Assembly (NCBI RefSeq): GCF_000315625.1
Contig: NW_005434533.1
Location: forward strand, 1-35,228
DNA length: 35,228 nt
From: Guillardia theta CCMP2712
Lineage: Eukaryota; Protista; Cryptophyta
Direction of reading: 5' to 3'
The notes under the pieces are model-generated. The model was not told the DNA's origin, did no database searches, and worked only from the letters and a program-made list of their open reading frames with translations. Every line of letters begins with the position of its first letter. The first letter of the stretch is position 1. This document shows positions 31,787 to 35,228 of the stretch, piece after piece. Both the position numbers and the translations under genes were made by a program.

Positions 31787-33636
31787 TCAAGTCCATCGAC
31801 CAACGTAGGAGAGCGCCTGGGAGACATAGCGAATCCACTGACAGGATCGTGAGAGACGATGACAAGTAGAGGTGAAAGGAATGAGAAGAGGAGAGAAAGT
31901 AAAAGAAGAGGACGAGAAAAGTCTTGAAGAAACCTTGTTCGGCGACTTGCTGCCACCCTGCAGGAACTCAAGCTGCTTGATCTGACAGAAACTTATGAGA
32001 AGCGAGATGAGAATTTACGAGAGAGAGAGGAAAGGAGGCCGGGAGACAGAGAAGGGGAGGAAGTAACGAGGAAAAGGGTAGAGAACTACCTGCAGCCCAG
32101 AAAGGACGTACATAGGAAGCTCGAAATGAACTTTTACAGCTCCAAACTCACTGAGATCGCAAGAAGAAGCCTGAAACGATGAAGAAACGATGAGAAGAGA
32201 AGAAAGGGAGCAGAGATGGCAACGCCATGGAGAAGCATAAGTCGTAATGAGAGACGCGGAAGAAACAAATCCAGGTCAAACACAAGGAGATGAAAGAGAA
32301 GAGGACATAGAGGAGAGGAGGAGGTGGTGGAGGAGGAGGGAACAGCGACCTTGGTGTGCGAAGGCAAGACAATCTTTGCCCGAACAATCGCTTCTGCTCC
32401 TCCTGCTAGACGTCAGGAGAAGGGAAAGCAAACACAGAATATGAAACAATGTTGAGGCAAGCAACAAATGAACTGATTTCAGATAAAGGAGGGCAGGAGG
32501 CAAGAGGAGAGGGGAAAGGGTTGAAGAGGATGAAGGAAAGAAAGAGAGAGAAGCAGCAGAAGAAGCAGCTGCAGCAGTAGATGAAGCAGCAGAAGCAGCT
32601 GCAGCAGAAGCAGCTGCAGCACAAGTAGGAGACAGAAGGTCAAGCAAGTGACTGGTCGAATCTCTCACCTGGCATCTTAGGGATCACCCACGTGACCACG
32701 TGATTCTTCCTGTCCAGCTCAGCGCGACCTGATCGGAATAAGCGAAGAATGAGGACAAAGACAGGAACACAGGGATCGAGGAGGAGGAGGAGTGATAGGA
32801 TGGAGGCGAAGAAGACAAGAACGGACCTGAAGGGAGCGATTTGCCGTCTGGTAAAGGAGCTCCTGCTGTCTCCACCGACACGCTGGAAGAAAAGTCAATG
32901 AACAGGAGAAGACCAGAAGGAGCATTCGAATGAAGGAAGAGATGAAGCAAGCAAGGAGGTAGGAGGAGGAGGTAGGAGGAGGAGGGGGGGGAGTAGGAGT
33001 ACGACGTAGGACAAGGAGGAGGTAGGAAAAGGAGGAGGTGGAAGCAGGTAAAAGGATGTAGGAGGAGGTAGGAGGATGTAGGAGGAGGTAGGAGGAGGAG
33101 GTAGTTGTAGCAACAAGAAAAAGAAAAGAGGAGAAGAAAGAATGACGGAGGAGCAGAGGGGTGGGGGCAAGGTGAGGGACCTGGTGGCCCAGGAGGGGAG
33201 GGCAAAGTGGAGGGTGACGTTGGTGGCAGTTCTGTCTGGTGGGAACTCTGAACGGACTCGGATGACGTAGTCCAGGCCGTTGGGCCCTTGCGGCTCCAGG
33301 AAGGGCTGGAGGGTGACAGGAGGGAGAAACGCGCTCTTGATCCTGCCGGGTCAGTGAGGCGAGGGAACATGGCTAGAGGAGGAGGGAGGGGAGGAGGATG
33401 AAGAAGTGGAGGGTGAAAGAGGAGGGTGAAGAACAGGAGAGAAGGCATCGGCGGGTGATAAAGGTGAGGATGAGAACGAGAACGAGAGCGAGAGCAACCA
33501 GACAGAACGCGAGCGAGCAGACAGGACGCGAGGACGAGGACGAGCACGGGCAGAACGAGGAGGAGGAGGAGACGGAGACGGAGACGGAGGAAGAAAATGG
33601 TGAGAAAACGGAGGAGGAGGAGGAGGAGGAGGAGGA

Positions 33637-33728
<92 letters not shown>

Positions 33729-35228
33729 CCTGTATGTGAGAAGGGTGAACTCTCCGTCAGGAGCGAAGAAGTTAAACTCTGCACGTTTGCTGCCTTCTGT
33801 CCACCTCACGCACTCGTGGAAATTCACATCCTGTGGGATCCAAAGTCAGAAGAACGCCTCCTCCTCCTGCTATCCAACGTCAAGGGTGAGGCTGGGAATC
33901 CCTCCTCCTGCTCCTCCTGCTCCTCCTCCTCCGACGATTCCCAGGGAAGTGATAGAAATGTCTTCGTTGAGCGACAGCTTCATTTCCGGGCTGGCGGAGT
34001 TCGAGTCAGAAGGATCGTTGGGGAGACACGGCAGAGGTCAGGAAAGCAGCAGGTGACGTGGAGGAATGAAGAAGCAAACATGAGAAAGAGAGGGGGTAGG
34101 CAGAGCAAGGCAGGGCAGGGGCAGCACAAGAGGGGTGAGTATACCTTCCAGTTAGGAAGCTTTTCAGCACAATGGCTCCGTTGATGTAATGGTGGGTTAT
34201 CCGTGCGTTCCTGGAATTCGAAGGTGGGAGGTCAGAAGCAGAGAAAGAAACGAAGAAATCAAGCAGAAGAAAAACAAGAACGACAAAAGACAGTGACAAA
34301 AAACCAGAGACAAAGAACAATAAGGGAATCACGATCCCTTACCTATCAGAGACGACAGTCAACTTCTCTATCACGTCGACGAAGATGGTGTTGTCCTTTC
34401 TATCAGAGGTCCCAACCTGCATGCTCGTCACGCTGAATGCAACAAGTGCAAAAGACTTCACAGTGATCGGCTTGTTCGCAGCCGCCGACGTCATCGTCTT
34501 TCTCTCACCAAGATTCACCTGAAACAAAAATTTTAGTTTGCACTTCTGCATCCAACCTGCTGTTCCAGGCATCCTTCTCCTCGACCTCCTCCTCCCTCCT
34601 CTCTTTTTTCCACTTCTCTCCCATCACCATCACCATCACCATCACCCCCTCCCCCTCACCTTCTCCGCCAGCGCGTCGGAAAGTTTGTTCAGCTTGCTGC
34701 TTACGCCTCCTGCAGTGGCTTCAGAGGAGCAAGATGGGACTTCAAGCAGCATCTACCGGAGGAAGGGGCGTGGACAGCGACGGGCTCGTTGTAGATGTAT
34801 GCTTTCAGCAGCTCCGTCGACATGCCCTGCCCAGCCATGAGAACCTCCCCTCACGCGCCCGCCATGCTGCACCTGCGGGTACCCGCGATCGAACACTTCA
34901 TCCAAGAGCTCGTAGAGGAGGAGGAAGTTCCTCCTCACGCTCTCTTCTGTTAGGACGCCGCAGTAGTCCTGCAATGCAGTCAACAGAGGAGGAGCGAGGA
35001 GCAGCAGACAACCTTGAAGACGCGGGACAGGCGCTGGAGGAGCTCGATGAGAATGGAGCTCTGGATGTTCTTGGTGGTAGTGAAGACAAAGTACATGTGA
35101 TTGAGTTGCAAGTGACAGTATGTGACGCCGTCGATGAGGAAGATGGGTGGGGCAGCTCGCTTCCCCTCAGACCTTTCCTTCTGGACATGCTGCAGGAGAG
35201 ATCCGCAGTCGATCGGTTCACAGTGCCC
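31787..35228 (-). CDS. AP4M1: Adaptor complex AP-4 mu subunit; 5' part outside the window
   Basis: DYCGVLTEESVRRNFLLLYELLDEVFDRGYPQ, SAAANKPI, NTIFVDVIEKLTV, INGAIVLKSFLTG, NFHECV, PDGEFTLLTYR, WIRYVSQALSYVGRWT*. Confidence 0.87.
33611..33724. repeat. (GAG)10(CAG)28 compound microsatellite in an AP-4 mu intron
   Basis: Direct; lies immediately after the - strand donor GTATG. Confidence 0.95.

Noticed and set aside
32684-34184. Poly-Leu, poly-Gln, poly-Ala and poly-Ser ORFs
   Set aside because: Readthrough of intronic (CAG)/(GAG) microsatellites within AP-4 mu

Overview
Eukaryotic subtelomeric window. The chromosome end lies to the left, because (CCCTAAA)n is on the + strand. TTTAGGG telomeres and dense genes with ~45-60 nt introns suggest a cryptophyte-like alga (inference). 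Bases 1-13.7 kb are a head-to-tail array of related non-LTR retroelements, all on the - strand, separated by short telomeric tracts. (E1) A ~10.2 kb element: RRM-like ORF1 joined by a TAATG stop-start overlap to an ORF2 carrying Ulp1-type protease, AP endonuclease, Zn motif, RT (frameshifted just after FADD), degenerate RNase H, CCHC knuckle and restriction-like endonuclease. This is a Dualen/RandI-like dual-endonuclease architecture. (E2) A 2.6 kb ORF1-only non-autonomous relative. (E3) A telomere-capped 5' stub. (E4) A probable 3'-end stub. The 5'-terminal ~19-20 nt of E1 and E3 are amplified into tandem arrays, and in E1 these are interleaved with telomeric repeats. From 13.9 kb onward are ordinary intron-rich genes: mitochondrial-carrier-like, phosphoglycerate-mutase-like, hypothetical, TPR, CXorf58-like, M13 peptidase, TrmO, an HExxH protein and AP-4 mu (5'-truncated by the window).
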